Source of the DNA: an uncultured Eubacteriales bacterium
Lineage (GTDB): Bacteria > Acidobacteriota > Aminicenantia > Aminicenantales > Aminicenantaceae
Length of the DNA stretch: 59,227 nucleotides
Reading direction: 5' to 3'
NCBI GenBank assembly: GCA_964477275.1
Contig: CAYZDV010000002.1
Location: 1 to 59,227 of the forward strand
Program-made: the position numbers and the translations under genes
The notes under the pieces: generated by a model
Told to the model about the DNA's origin: nothing
Database searches by the model: none
Seen by the model: the letters and a program-made list of their open reading frames with translations, nothing else
Shown here: positions 1 through 9,007 of the stretch, piece after piece
Numbering within the stretch: the stretch's first letter is position 1
How the letters are laid out: every line of letters starts with the position of its first letter

Positions 1-182
1 TATCCCCTCGGCTCCCCCGATCTGTTTCCCGGGGGAAAACAGATCAGCGAGGACGTACGGGGGACACCCCATGACAGGACCCATCCTAAAAAAATATCAG
101 CCTCCACGGAAAAAAAGATGCTTACTTTCCTTTAGCTTGTCTTGAGAGGGAGGAATATGTTTAAATAAAACAGGAGAAAAAG

Positions 183-2774
183 ATGAGGTGGGAAAGATTC
201 ACGCTCATGACCCAGGAAGCCTTTCAGCTTGCCCAGAGCAGGGCCGAGGAACTGGGCAACCAGGAGCTGAAGCCTGAGCATCTTCTCTGGGCCTTTCTCA
301 GTCAAGACGGGAACATCGTGAACGCCGTCCTGTCCGAGATGGGCGTCAGTGCCGGAAAAATTATGGAGGAAGCGAACGCCGCTCTGGGAAGGCTTCCCAA
401 AATTCAAGGAGCCGGAGAGGTCTACATTTCCCCCTCCTTGCGTCAGGTTCTGAACAGTGCCCGGAAGGAAGCGGACAAGCTCAAGGATGAGTACATCTCG
501 CCCGAACACATCTTCCTGGCCATGTTAAAGGATGGCTTCAGCGAGGCTGGCCGAATCCTGGGTCAGAACGGGATGACCGAAGAGTTGGTGCTCAAGGCCC
601 TCATGGCTATCAGAGGAACCCATCGGGTCACCGACCCCCAGCCCGAGGGAAAATACCAGGTCCTCGAACGCTACGCACGGGACATCACAGACCTGGCGAG
701 AAAGGGAAAGCTGGACCCGGTCATCGGGAGGGAGGACGAGATCCGCAGGGTCATTCAGGTCCTCTCCCGGAGGACAAAAAACAACCCGGTGCTGATCGGT
801 GAGGCGGGTGTCGGTAAAACGGCTATCGTTGAAGGGCTGGCCCAGCGGGTTGCCAACGGCGATGTCCCCCAGTCTTTGAAGAATAAACGGCTTATCGCTC
901 TGGATATCGGCGCTCTGGTCGCCGGCACCAAATTCCGAGGGGAATTCGAGGACAGGTTGAAAGCGATTCTGAAGGAAATCAAGGAGGCCAAGGGCGAGCT
1001 CATCCTCTTCATCGACGAGCTCCACACCATAATCGGTGCCGGCGCTGCCGAAGGCGCCGTCGACGCCTCGAACATGCTCAAGCCGCCGCTGTCGAGAGGC
1101 GAGCTGCGCTGTGTAGGAGCCACCACGATCAACGAATACAGGAAATACATCGAGAAAGATGCGGCGCTGGAGAGGAGGTTTCAGCAGGTCTTTGTCGATG
1201 AGCCCTCTGTCGAGGAAACCATCTCCATTCTGAGAGGGCTGAAGGAGAAGTACGAGGTCCACCATGGGGTGGCGATCAAGGACTCTGCCCTGGTGGCGGC
1301 AGCCACGCTGTCCAACCGCTACATCACCGGCCGATACCTTCCGGATAAGGCCATCGACCTGATCGATGAAGCCGCCTCCCGCATCCGGATTGAGATCGAC
1401 AGCATGCCGGAGGAGATCGACGAGCTGGAGCGGAAAATCATCCAGCTCGAAATCGAGAAGCAGGCCCTGAAGAAAGAAAAAGAAAAAAGCGCCAGGGAAA
1501 AGCTGGAAAAACTCAACAAAGAGCTGGCCGACCTCAAAGAAAAATCGAACGCACTCAAGGCCCGATGGAAAAGGGAGAAAGAGTTGATCGATGCCATGAA
1601 CAGACTGAAAGAGCAGATGGATGCGCTCCGGGTCGAGGAGCAGAATGCGGAAAGAGCGGGCGACCTGGAGAAAGTGGCCGAGATTCGCTACGGCAAGATC
1701 ATCGAAGTCGAAAAGAGGATGAAGGAAACAGCCGAGAAGCTGGCCGAGGTCCAGAAATCAGGCAAGATGCTGAAGGAGGAGGTGGATGAGGAGGATGTGG
1801 CCGAGGTCGTATCGCGGTGGACGGGCATTCCTGTCTCCAGGATGCTTGAGGGAGAAGTGGAAAAACTGGTCAAGATGGAGACCACTCTTACCAGGAGAGT
1901 CGTCGGCCAGGACCATGCTCTTCACTCCATTTCCGACACCATCCGCCGGGCAAGGGCCGGGATCCAGGATGCGACCCGTCCCCTGGGCTCCTTTATCTTC
2001 ATGGGTCCGACAGGGGTCGGCAAGACCGAGCTCGCCCGAGCACTGGCTGAGTTCCTTTTCGACGATGAGAAGGCTCTGGTCCGCCAGGATATGTCCGAAT
2101 ACATGGAAAAGCACGCCGTTTCCCGCTTGATCGGCGCTCCTCCTGGCTATGTGGGCTACGAGGAAGGAGGCCAGCTCACCGAGGCCATCAAGCGCCGGCC
2201 CTATTCGGTCATTCTTCTCGATGAAATCGAGAAAGCCCATGCCGATGTGTTTAACATCCTGCTCCAGATTCTGGATGATGGCCGGCTGACTGACGGAAAG
2301 GGGCGAACCGTTGACTTCAGGAACACCATCATCATCATGACTTCCAACCTGGGCAGCGAGGTGATCAAAGACCTCAGCCACGACTTTGACCGGATGGAGA
2401 AAGAGGTGATGGCCATCATGGAAAGGCACTTCCGACCAGAGTTTCTCAACCGGGTGGATGAGGTCATCATTTTCAAGCCCCTCAAACCAGAGGTCATCCT
2501 CAAGATTGTGGATATTCAGCTCGAAGAGTTGAGAAAGAGGCTCAGGGAGAAAAAGATCGACATCGAACTGAGCGAGGCAGCGAAGAAACTGCTGACAGAG
2601 CGGGGCTATGACCCGGTTTACGGGGCGCGGCCCCTGAAGAGGACCATCCAGCGGGACATCCAGAATCCTCTGGCCCAGAAGATGCTGGAGGGCGTGTTCA
2701 GAGAAGGAGACAGGATTTTTGTGAATGTGGATGAGAAAAAGGAGTTTATCCTTCAAAAAAATAAACAATTCTAA
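183..2774 (+). CDS. clpB: ClpB protein disaggregase (two-module AAA+ chaperone)
   Basis: 863-aa ORF. It has an N-terminal Clp repeat region and two Walker A motifs ([16 protein letters not shown]). A long charged coiled-coil insert ([25 protein letters not shown]...) lies between the ATPase modules. AGGAG lies just upstream of the ATG. Confidence 0.95.
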   Translation: MRWERFTLMTQEAFQLAQSRAEELGNQELKPEHLLWAFLSQDGNIVNAVLSEMGVSAGKIMEEANAALGRLPKIQGAGEVYISPSLRQVLNSARKEADKLKDEYISPEHIFLAMLKDGFSEAGRILGQNGMTEELVLKALMAIRGTHRVTDPQPEGKYQVLERYARDITDLARKGKLDPVIGREDEIRRVIQVLSRRTKNNPVLIGEAGVGKTAIVEGLAQRVANGDVPQSLKNKRLIALDIGALVAGTKFRGEFEDRLKAILKEIKEAKGELILFIDELHTIIGAGAAEGAVDASNMLKPPLSRGELRCVGATTINEYRKYIEKDAALERRFQQVFVDEPSVEETISILRGLKEKYEVHHGVAIKDSALVAAATLSNRYITGRYLPDKAIDLIDEAASRIRIEIDSMPEEIDELERKIIQLEIEKQALKKEKEKSAREKLEKLNKELADLKEKSNALKARWKREKELIDAMNRLKEQMDALRVEEQNAERAGDLEKVAEIRYGKIIEVEKRMKETAEKLAEVQKSGKMLKEEVDEEDVAEVVSRWTGIPVSRMLEGEVEKLVKMETTLTRRVVGQDHALHSISDTIRRARAGIQDATRPLGSFIFMGPTGVGKTELARALAEFLFDDEKALVRQDMSEYMEKHAVSRLIGAPPGYVGYEEGGQLTEAIKRRPYSVILLDEIEKAHADVFNILLQILDDGRLTDGKGRTVDFRNTIIIMTSNLGSEVIKDLSHDFDRMEKEVMAIMERHFRPEFLNRVDEVIIFKPLKPEVILKIVDIQLEELRKRLREKKIDIELSEAAKKLLTERGYDPVYGARPLKRTIQRDIQNPLAQKMLEGVFREGDRIFVNVDEKKEFILQKNKQF

Positions 2775-2785
2775 CGGAGAAGCAT

Positions 2786-3007
2786 ATGCAAGAAGAAGTC
2801 AAGAAAGCTCTGGACGAGATCAGGCCTCATCTCAAAGCCGACGGCGGGGATGTGGAGCTGGTCGAGGTCACCGAGGACGGAGTGGTCAAGGTGCGGCTTT
2901 TGGGAGCTTGCGAGGGATGCCCGATGAGGGAGATGACGCTGACCCAGGGCATCGCCAATTTCATCCGGAAGAAAGTGCCCCAGATCAAAGAGGTCAAGGC
3001 CGTCTGA
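2786..3007 (+). CDS. NifU C-terminal domain / Nfu-like Fe-S cluster carrier
   Basis: 73-aa ORF with the Nfu pattern GGDVELVEV...VKVRLLGACEGCP (CxxC) and an SD-like GGAGAAG upstream. Confidence 0.8.
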   Translation: MQEEVKKALDEIRPHLKADGGDVELVEVTEDGVVKVRLLGACEGCPMREMTLTQGIANFIRKKVPQIKEVKAV

Positions 3008-3126
3008 GCCCTCAGAGTGTCGTCCTCTGAGACGGAAAAAATTCGACGGCGATTCCGTTTGACAAAAAAACCAAAAATGAGTAAACAAAGGAGAATCAAG
3101 AAGGAGGTTTCAATAAGAAGGTCGGC

Positions 3127-4443
3127 ATGAAAAAAAGGAAAACCATTCTCACGGTTTTGCTTTCTGTGTGCCTCTTGAGTTCGATGGCGCTGGCCAATGG
3201 CCTGAACCTGAACAGCCTGGGCACCAAAGCCCTGACTATGGGCGGGGCCTTTGTCGGGCTGGCCGATGATTTCAGCGCCATCTACTGGAATCCGGCCGGA
3301 ATCGCTCAGTTCGACAGGAAATACATCGGCTTTTACGGGACTGACATCATCCCCTCCGGCTCTTACACCATGACCGTTGTCGACCCTGTGTTTGGCCCGA
3401 TCACCGTGGTCAATGCCGAAACTCAGTTTACCCACTACCTTTCCGGCATGGCAGCCTATTACCATCCCCTGAGCGATCGGCTCGTCTTTGGGCTGGGGGT
3501 GTACATCCCCTCCGGCCTCGGAGCCAGCTGGAATGGCGCTGATTTTGCGAATATATCCATGGGCGAGACCTATGACTGGATGAGCAAGGTGGGGATCATC
3601 ACCTTTGCTCCCGCTCTGGCCGTCAAGGTTAACGAGAAGCTTTACCTCGGCGCGGCTCTGAACGTCAATTATGGCATGTTCGACATCGCCATGCACGCTG
3701 GCGCAGTCGCAAATCCCGCCCCGCCCCCAGATGAGGTCGACCTCGGCCAGTATGAGGAGAGCATGACCGGCTGGGGCTACGGAGCGACCTTTGGCGTCCT
3801 GTTGAGACTCAGCGAGATGTTCAGCCTCGGCGCCACTTTTCGAACGCAGAGCACAGTCAAATTCAGCGGAGAAGCCAGCATTTCCAACCTCAGCTTCCTC
3901 GGATGGAGCGATACCTCAAAGGTTGAACGGGAAGTCACATGGCCGGTATGGCTGGCCGGAGGGGCGGCCTTCAAGCCCATGGAAAACCTGACCCTGACGG
4001 CTGACGTCCAGTGGACACAGTGGTCGAAGATCGATGTCATGGAGACAACCTTTGTCGACCCGGTCTGGGCAGCGATGATGGAAGCCAGCGGCGATGATGA
4101 GCGGCCCCTTCACTGGAAGGATGCGCTGCAGATCAGGTTCGGTGCAGAATACCGGACGAAATCCATCGTGCTCCGGGGCGGGTACTACTGGGATCCCTCT
4201 CAAGCTCCCGACCGGACCATGAACGTTCTGCTCCCCAGCTATGACTTCCACGTGGCCACCCTCGGATTCGGCTATAGCCTCAATGGTATCCATCTGGATT
4301 TCGGAATCGAATACCTGATGGGAAAGGAGAGAACGGTTCCGCTGGAAAGAGTCCTCACCGACCCGGAATGGGAATCGGCCATGCCCGGTGACTACACGAT
4401 GAAAATCATCGTTCCCACTCTTTCCATAGGCTACAGGTTTTAA
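3127..4443 (+). CDS. FadL/OmpP1-family outer-membrane beta-barrel transporter
   Basis: It has a signal peptide (MKKRKTILTVLLSVCLLSSMALA) and a FadL-like N-terminal block (GGAFVGLADDFSAIYWNPAG). Amphipathic strand periodicity runs throughout, and the C-terminus ...SIGYRF ends in Phe as expected for an OM barrel. Confidence 0.75.
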   Translation: MKKRKTILTVLLSVCLLSSMALANGLNLNSLGTKALTMGGAFVGLADDFSAIYWNPAGIAQFDRKYIGFYGTDIIPSGSYTMTVVDPVFGPITVVNAETQFTHYLSGMAAYYHPLSDRLVFGLGVYIPSGLGASWNGADFANISMGETYDWMSKVGIITFAPALAVKVNEKLYLGAALNVNYGMFDIAMHAGAVANPAPPPDEVDLGQYEESMTGWGYGATFGVLLRLSEMFSLGATFRTQSTVKFSGEASISNLSFLGWSDTSKVEREVTWPVWLAGGAAFKPMENLTLTADVQWTQWSKIDVMETTFVDPVWAAMMEASGDDERPLHWKDALQIRFGAEYRTKSIVLRGGYYWDPSQAPDRTMNVLLPSYDFHVATLGFGYSLNGIHLDFGIEYLMGKERTVPLERVLTDPEWESAMPGDYTMKIIVPTLSIGYRF

Positions 4444-4524
4444 CGCCGGTTTTTTCGATTCAGCCAACGCCCTGAGAAAGCGGGCCTTTTCGGGAAGAAA
4501 GGGTCCAGACACGCTTCAAAGAGG

Positions 4525-5391
4525 TTGAACATGAAGATAAGAAAAGCGGTTATTCCCGCTGCCGGTTTTGGGACGCGTTTTCTTCCTGCCACCAAAGCCC
4601 AGCCCAAAGAGATGCTGACTGTCTTCGACAAGCCACTCATTCAGTATTCCGTGGAGGAAGCTGTTCACGCGGGAATCGAGCACATCTGCGTGGTCACCAG
4701 CCGGGGCAAATCGGCCATGGAGGACCATTTCGATGCCAGTCCCGAGCTCGAACAGTTCCTCGAAGAGAAGGGCAAACTCGACCTTCTGGAGGAAGTCCGA
4801 GCGATTTCCAGCCTGGCCGAGTTCTTTTATGTCCGCCAGAAAAGAGCCCTGGGTTTGGGACATGCGATCCTGATGGCCGAAAGGTTTATCGGAGAGGAGC
4901 CGTTTGCCGTCCTCCTCCCCGACGATATCTACGACTCCGCCACGCCCTGTATCAAGCAGCTCGTTGATGCCTACCAGGAGCGGAAGGCGCCGGTCATCGT
5001 CATCGGCCGAGTGGGCGAGGAAGGGACCAGGCTCTATGGAATCATCAAGCCCAGGCAGGTCTCAGAGCACTTGTTTCAGGTCGAGGACCTGGTGGAGAAG
5101 CCCGGTCCGGAAAAAGCCTTATCCGACCTGGCCAGCCTCGGCCGCTATGTTTTTAATCCCGATATCTTCGAGGCCATCAGGAAAACAAAGCCTGATCACA
5201 GGGGCGAAATCCAGCTTCCCGATGCCATCCGCCACCTGTTGAAGGAGAACAAGCCGGTCTACGGAGTCCTCTTTGAGGGAAAACGCTATGATGCCGGCGA
5301 CAAAATGGGCTACATCGAAGCCACTCTCTCAATGGCCCTGAAGAGGCCCGGCTTCAGCCAGAAGGTGAAGGATCTTTTGAAGAATATTTAA
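4525..5391 (+). CDS. galU: UTP--glucose-1-phosphate uridylyltransferase
   Basis: 288-aa ORF with the nucleotidyltransferase signature KAVIPAAGFGTRFLPATKAQPKEML and GalU-like length and layout. The true start may be the second ATG at 4531. Confidence 0.9.
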   Translation: MNMKIRKAVIPAAGFGTRFLPATKAQPKEMLTVFDKPLIQYSVEEAVHAGIEHICVVTSRGKSAMEDHFDASPELEQFLEEKGKLDLLEEVRAISSLAEFFYVRQKRALGLGHAILMAERFIGEEPFAVLLPDDIYDSATPCIKQLVDAYQERKAPVIVIGRVGEEGTRLYGIIKPRQVSEHLFQVEDLVEKPGPEKALSDLASLGRYVFNPDIFEAIRKTKPDHRGEIQLPDAIRHLLKENKPVYGVLFEGKRYDAGDKMGYIEATLSMALKRPGFSQKVKDLLKNI

Positions 5392-5404
5392 AAAAGGGGC
5401 CTGT

Positions 5405-5428
5405 TAAAAAAGGGGCCTGTCCCCTTTT
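5405..5428 (+). terminator. Intrinsic (bidirectional) terminator hairpin AAAAAAGGGGCCTGTCCCCTTTTT
   Basis: GGGG/CCCC stem with a 5-nt loop, flanked by an A-run and a T-run, 14 nt after the galU stop. The left arm is tandemly duplicated at 5390-5403. It could also stop the convergent tRNA-Phe transcript. Confidence 0.6.
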
Positions 5429-5482
5429 TCCTTTTTCGTGCCAGGTTTGACTAATACAAACGAAATGAATAATGTTACATTT

Positions 5483-5562
5483 CCTGTCATTCCTGCGCAG
5501 GCGGGAATCCAGGGTTTCCTGCTCCCTGCCTACGCAGGGACAGGCTTTGCGGGAATGACAGT
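5483..5562. repeat. Compound palindromic (REP/MITE-like) element
   Basis: Outer inverted arms TGTCATTCC (5485-5493) and GGAATGACA (5552-5560) enclose two inner hairpins: ATTCCTGC-GCAG-GCGGGAAT with 1 mismatch, and TCCCTGC-CTAC-GCAGGGA at 5523-5540. Its translation gives the ...VIPAQAGIQ... peptide typical of spurious ORFs called on repeats. Confidence 0.6.
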
Positions 5563-5634
5563 TCCAGGATTCAGGATTATTGTAAAGCCGTTATTGAGAC
5601 GCAACACTAGCTTATTTTAGGGGAGTTATGGGAA

Positions 5635-5707
5635 TGGCGAGGGACGGAATCGAACCGCCGACGCAGGGATTTTCAGTCCCTCGCTCTACCGACTGAGCTA
5701 CCTCGCC
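5635..5707 (-). tRNA. tRNA-Phe (anticodon GAA)
   Basis: The reverse complement reads GGCGAGG-TA-GCTC-AGTCGGTA-GAGC-G-AGGGA-CTGAAAA-TCCCT-GCGTC-GGCGG-TTCGATT-CCGTC-CCTCGCC-A. This is a complete 73-nt cloverleaf with GAA at positions 34-36. CCA is not encoded. Confidence 0.93.
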
Positions 5708-5739
5708 ATCTTCGGAGACAGGCTTTTCAGCCGAACATC

Positions 5740-5768
5740 AGTATAATTTCACCCCCGGAGAATGTCAA
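5740..5768 (-). promoter_or_regulatory. Sigma70-type promoter for tRNA-Phe (TTGACA-17 nt-TATACT)
   Basis: On the minus strand, TTGACA (5768-5763) and TATACT (5745-5740) are separated by 17 nt. They lie about 30 nt upstream of the tRNA 5' end in a very AT-rich spacer. Confidence 0.5.
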
Positions 5769-5811
5769 TTATTAACTTTTCCGTAAAAAAGTAAAAAATT
5801 AAAAAAGGATC

Positions 5812-5849
5812 TTCAGTCTCTCGCTCTACCGGCTGAGCTGCCTCGCCAT
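5812..5849 (-). pseudogene. Decayed partial copy of tRNA-Phe (positions 1-36 only)
   Basis: The 38 nt at 5812-5849 match 5672-5709 with 3 mismatches, in the same orientation at an offset of 140 nt. The anticodon-stem 3' strand, T-arm and acceptor 3' strand are absent. Confidence 0.7.
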
Positions 5850-5939
5850 TCTCCCTTCTCACAAAAAAGAAATGACTTTGCTCAAATTGAAATAAGGCCA
5901 TAGCTTATGATATTATTTTCAAGCTGGAGGAAAAGCCTG

Positions 5940-6161
5940 ATGCGAGAAGAAGAGATTAAGGCACTTCTTTTGAAGAAAAACAGGGAATTCAGAGAAGCCA
6001 ACCGGCTGCATCAGCAGTATGAGAAGAAACTGGAAAAACTGAAGAGCAAGAATTTCCTGACCGAAGCGGAGAAGATGGAGGAGAAGGAGCTGAAAAAAAA
6101 GAAACTCGCCCTGAAAGACAGGATGTATTACATGATGACAGAGTACAATAAATCCCTTTGA
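5940..6161 (+). CDS. Small coiled-coil protein, DUF465/YdcH-like
   Basis: About 73 aa starting at MREEEIKALLLKKNREF.... The charged helical pattern ends in KKKKLALKDRMYYMM as in YdcH-type proteins. GGAGG lies upstream of ATG 5940, and the longer 5907 start has no SD. Confidence 0.55.
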   Translation: MREEEIKALLLKKNREFREANRLHQQYEKKLEKLKSKNFLTEAEKMEEKELKKKKLALKDRMYYMMTEYNKSL

Positions 6162-6179
6162 TCCTGCCATCCCCGGGAA

Positions 6180-7205
6180 ATGAAAGAGAAAAAAAGACTC
6201 CGGATTGCTTTTGTCGGCACCGAATCGCTGCGGGCGAAAGAGCTGCGGAGCGTCCTGGACAGGAAGCACTTCCCGCTCGAGAGCGTTGATTTCTACGATC
6301 CGAGCGTTGAGGAGGAATACAGCAAGCTGACCTCGTTCCGGGACGAGCCCAGGGTCATCCATCGTCCCGATAAAAAATCTCTGGAGGGAGTGGACCTCGT
6401 CTTCCTGATCGCGGATCAGAAAGTGAATCGGGAACTTGCCGCCCTGGCCCCCAGACAGGGATTCCTGGCCATCGACCTCAGCGAAACCTTCAACCTGGAT
6501 GAGGAGGTCCCGGTCGTTGTGTCCGGTGTCAATGACGGGATTCTGAGCGGGAAAAGACCCGTTCTGATCGCCAACCCTCATCCGGCGACCATTGTCCTCT
6601 CTCACATGTTCCACATAGTCAGGGCCGCCTTCGGCCTGAAAAAAGCCGTTTCCATGGCCCTTCAGCCCGTCTCTGCCTACGAGAAGTCCGGCATCGAGGA
6701 GCTGGCCAGCCAGAGCTATTCCCTGCTCAGCAGCTCTTTGTTGACCAAAAAAGTGTTCAGGGAGCAGATCGCCTTCAACCTGCTTTCCCAGACTGAGAAA
6801 ACCGATGCAGATGGGTTCACGGCTGTTGAGAAGCAGATTTCCTCAGAAATCTGCCGGGTTCTCGACCGTCAGGATTTTCCATTTTCCCTTTCCGTCATCC
6901 AGGCCCCGGTTTTTTTCGCCTATTCCTTCCTGACCTATCTCGAGCTTGAGAAAAAGACCGATGTCCAGGGCCTGAAAGACCTTTTTAGGGTTCATCCCCT
7001 GTTCAAAGTTTCCCTTTCCGGCCGGTCGAGCCCGGTCTCGGTGGCCAGGAAGGAGGAGATTTTCCTCGGCCAGGTCAAGAAGATAGACGCCATTCCCAAC
7101 AGCTTCTGGGTCTGGATGGTGGCCGACAATCTGACCCGCGGCTCAGCCCTGAACGCCTTTGAAATTGCAGAACGGATTTTTTTAAGCCCCCAGCGTGAAG
7201 AATGA
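6180..7205 (+). CDS. Aspartate-semialdehyde dehydrogenase homologue lacking catalytic and cofactor motifs (probable pseudoenzyme)
   Basis: 341 aa, collinear with Asd blocks (LIANP..., QIAFNLL, WMVADNLTRGSALNAFEIAE). However, GxxGxxG is GTESLRA, NPNC is NPHP, the VRxP Arg is Q (IQAP), and GHS is AYS. Confidence 0.75.
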   Translation: MKEKKRLRIAFVGTESLRAKELRSVLDRKHFPLESVDFYDPSVEEEYSKLTSFRDEPRVIHRPDKKSLEGVDLVFLIADQKVNRELAALAPRQGFLAIDLSETFNLDEEVPVVVSGVNDGILSGKRPVLIANPHPATIVLSHMFHIVRAAFGLKKAVSMALQPVSAYEKSGIEELASQSYSLLSSSLLTKKVFREQIAFNLLSQTEKTDADGFTAVEKQISSEICRVLDRQDFPFSLSVIQAPVFFAYSFLTYLELEKKTDVQGLKDLFRVHPLFKVSLSGRSSPVSVARKEEIFLGQVKKIDAIPNSFWVWMVADNLTRGSALNAFEIAERIFLSPQREE

Positions 7206-9007
7206 GACAGATAGTCCAGCTTCTCAAGCTCACCCTCAGCGAGAAAAAAAGGCTCGCTCTTTCTCTGGGTTTCAGCTTGTTCGCGGCGTTTTTCACCTTC
7301 CTTTTCGTCGATCTCGTTCATCCGATCATCGACCAGATGTTTCTCGGAAAAGACCCGCAGGCGACAGCCGGAAAGCCCGGGTTCCTGACCTCTGTTTTTC
7401 AGAAACTCCAGGCTGCCGAAGGGCACTTCCTGTGGCTCATCCCCCTGTTGCTGGTGATCGTCATTCTCGGAAAGGGCCTGTTCACTTTTCTCTCCACGTT
7501 TTTCATGAAGACCATCGGCCACCGGGTGGTGAAAAAGCTGCGCGACGACCTCTTCCGGCACGTCATCCACGAGTCTTCCGATTTCTTTGACCACCGGTCG
7601 ACAGGCGAGCTGATGTCCCGCCTGACCAATGACGTGGACAAAATCCAGCAGGCGGTCTCGGGAAGTATGGGCGATTTCATCATCTCTTTGTTTATGATTG
7701 TCGCCCTGCTCGGCAAGATTGTTATCACCGACTGGAAACTGGCCCTTCTTTCTTTCCTCATCGCTCCCCTGGCCGTTATCCCCCTGGTGCTCTTCAGCCT
7801 TCAGCAGAAGAAAAGGGGGATGCAGGGCCAGAGGAAGATGGCCCACATCTACACCCTTCTCCACGAGACAATCACCGGACAAAAGATCGTCAAGGCCTTT
7901 ACCATGGAAATGTTCGAGATCAAAAAATTTCTGCAGGCCACTTTTGACTATTTCAAGACGAGCCTCAAGCTGGCTCTGACCGCAAGCCTGTCTTCCCCCT
8001 TCATGGAATTCGTCGGCGGCATTCTCGGCGCCTTCATTCTGGTGGTGGGAACGACCCGGATCGTGCGCGGGGAGCTGAGCCCGGGCGCTTTCAGCTCCTT
8101 TCTCATGGCCATCTTCATGATGTATACGCCGATCAACCGCCTCAGCCGGGCCAACAACGTCATTCATCAGGCAGTAGCCAGCCACGAGAGAATCCAGGAA
8201 ATCCTCCGCCGGCAGCCCCAGATTGTCGACCATCCCCGTGCTTGCCATCTGCCCAGGGTCAGGGGCCTGGTGAAGTTTGAGTACGTCTCCTTCAGCTATA
8301 ACGAGATGATGCCTGTTCTCCACGGCCTGAATTTTGAAGTCCAGCCGGCCGAGAAAGTGGCCCTGGTCGGCCTGAGCGGGGCCGGAAAGACGACCGTTGT
8401 CAACCTTCTCCTCCGTTTTTACGAGCCGACCTCGGGCCGGATCACCATCGACGGCATGGATATCCGGGAGGTCACTCTTTCCTCCCTTCGCTCCCAGATC
8501 GGTTTGGTCACCCAGGAGCTCATCCTCTTCAACGATACCGTGCGCAACAACATCGCCTATGGCCTGGAGGATGTCTCCCTGGAGGAGGTCATCCGGGCGG
8601 CCAGGGCAGCCAAAGCCCATCAGTTCATCGAAGAGCTTCCTCAGGGCTATGATTCGAACATCGGAGAGAAAGGAACCCTTCTCTCCAGCGGCCAGAGGCA
8701 GAGGCTGGCCATTGCCAGAGCCCTGCTCAAGGACCCGCCGATTCTCGTCCTCGACGAAGCCACTTCGGCTCTGGATTCGGAGTCAGAACGCCTGATCCAG
8801 CGTGCCCTGGATAACCTCATGAAAAACAGGACCACCTTCGCCATCGCCCACCGCCTCTCCACGGTGAGGAAGGCGGACAAGATTTTTGTCATCGACAGGG
8901 GGCGGATTGTCGAAAGCGGCACCCACCAGAAACTGATGAGGAAAAACGGAATATACAAGAAGCTCTACGACCTGCAGTTTCTGGAAGAAGCGGGGAGTGA
9001 GCCGTGA
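7202..9007 (+). CDS. ABC exporter, fused permease/ATPase, MsbA/lipid A flippase-like
   Basis: 601 aa with a six-helix TMD followed by an NBD. The NBD carries Walker A GLSGAGKTT, signature LSSGQRQRLAIARA and Walker B ILVLDEATSALD. The start overlaps the upstream stop (ATGA). Confidence 0.85.
   Translation: MRQIVQLLKLTLSEKKRLALSLGFSLFAAFFTFLFVDLVHPIIDQMFLGKDPQATAGKPGFLTSVFQKLQAAEGHFLWLIPLLLVIVILGKGLFTFLSTFFMKTIGHRVVKKLRDDLFRHVIHESSDFFDHRSTGELMSRLTNDVDKIQQAVSGSMGDFIISLFMIVALLGKIVITDWKLALLSFLIAPLAVIPLVLFSLQQKKRGMQGQRKMAHIYTLLHETITGQKIVKAFTMEMFEIKKFLQATFDYFKTSLKLALTASLSSPFMEFVGGILGAFILVVGTTRIVRGELSPGAFSSFLMAIFMMYTPINRLSRANNVIHQAVASHERIQEILRRQPQIVDHPRACHLPRVRGLVKFEYVSFSYNEMMPVLHGLNFEVQPAEKVALVGLSGAGKTTVVNLLLRFYEPTSGRITIDGMDIREVTLSSLRSQIGLVTQELILFNDTVRNNIAYGLEDVSLEEVIRAARAAKAHQFIEELPQGYDSNIGEKGTLLSSGQRQRLAIARALLKDPPILVLDEATSALDSESERLIQRALDNLMKNRTTFAIAHRLSTVRKADKIFVIDRGRIVESGTHQKLMRKNGIYKKLYDLQFLEEAGSEP

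Noticed and set aside
19-45. Near-perfect palindrome GATCTGTTTCCC/GGGAAAACAGATC at the left edge, upstream of clpB
   Set aside because: It sits at the window boundary with its upstream gene unseen. It has no T-tract and does not match the CIRCE or HAIR heat-shock operators as I remember them. I cannot assign a function.
5438-5620. 60-aa ORF containing ...VIPAQAGIQ...
   Set aside because: It lies entirely on the nested palindromic repeat and the tRNA trailer. The peptide is the recurrent translation artefact of such repeats and there is no SD.
5600-5900. tRNA-Phe plus partial duplicate as boundary of an integrated mobile element or prophage
   Set aside because: The duplicated part is the tRNA 5' half rather than the 3' half used by integrases. 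There is no integrase, excisionase or phage/transposon gene within the window, and the flanking genes are ordinary housekeeping genes.
6992-8620. 542-aa ORF on the minus strand opposite the MsbA-like gene
   Set aside because: It is fully antisense to a gene with clear ABC transporter motifs. Its Gly/Asp/Leu/His-rich composition carries no recognisable motif, which is typical of a shadow ORF in GC-biased coding DNA.
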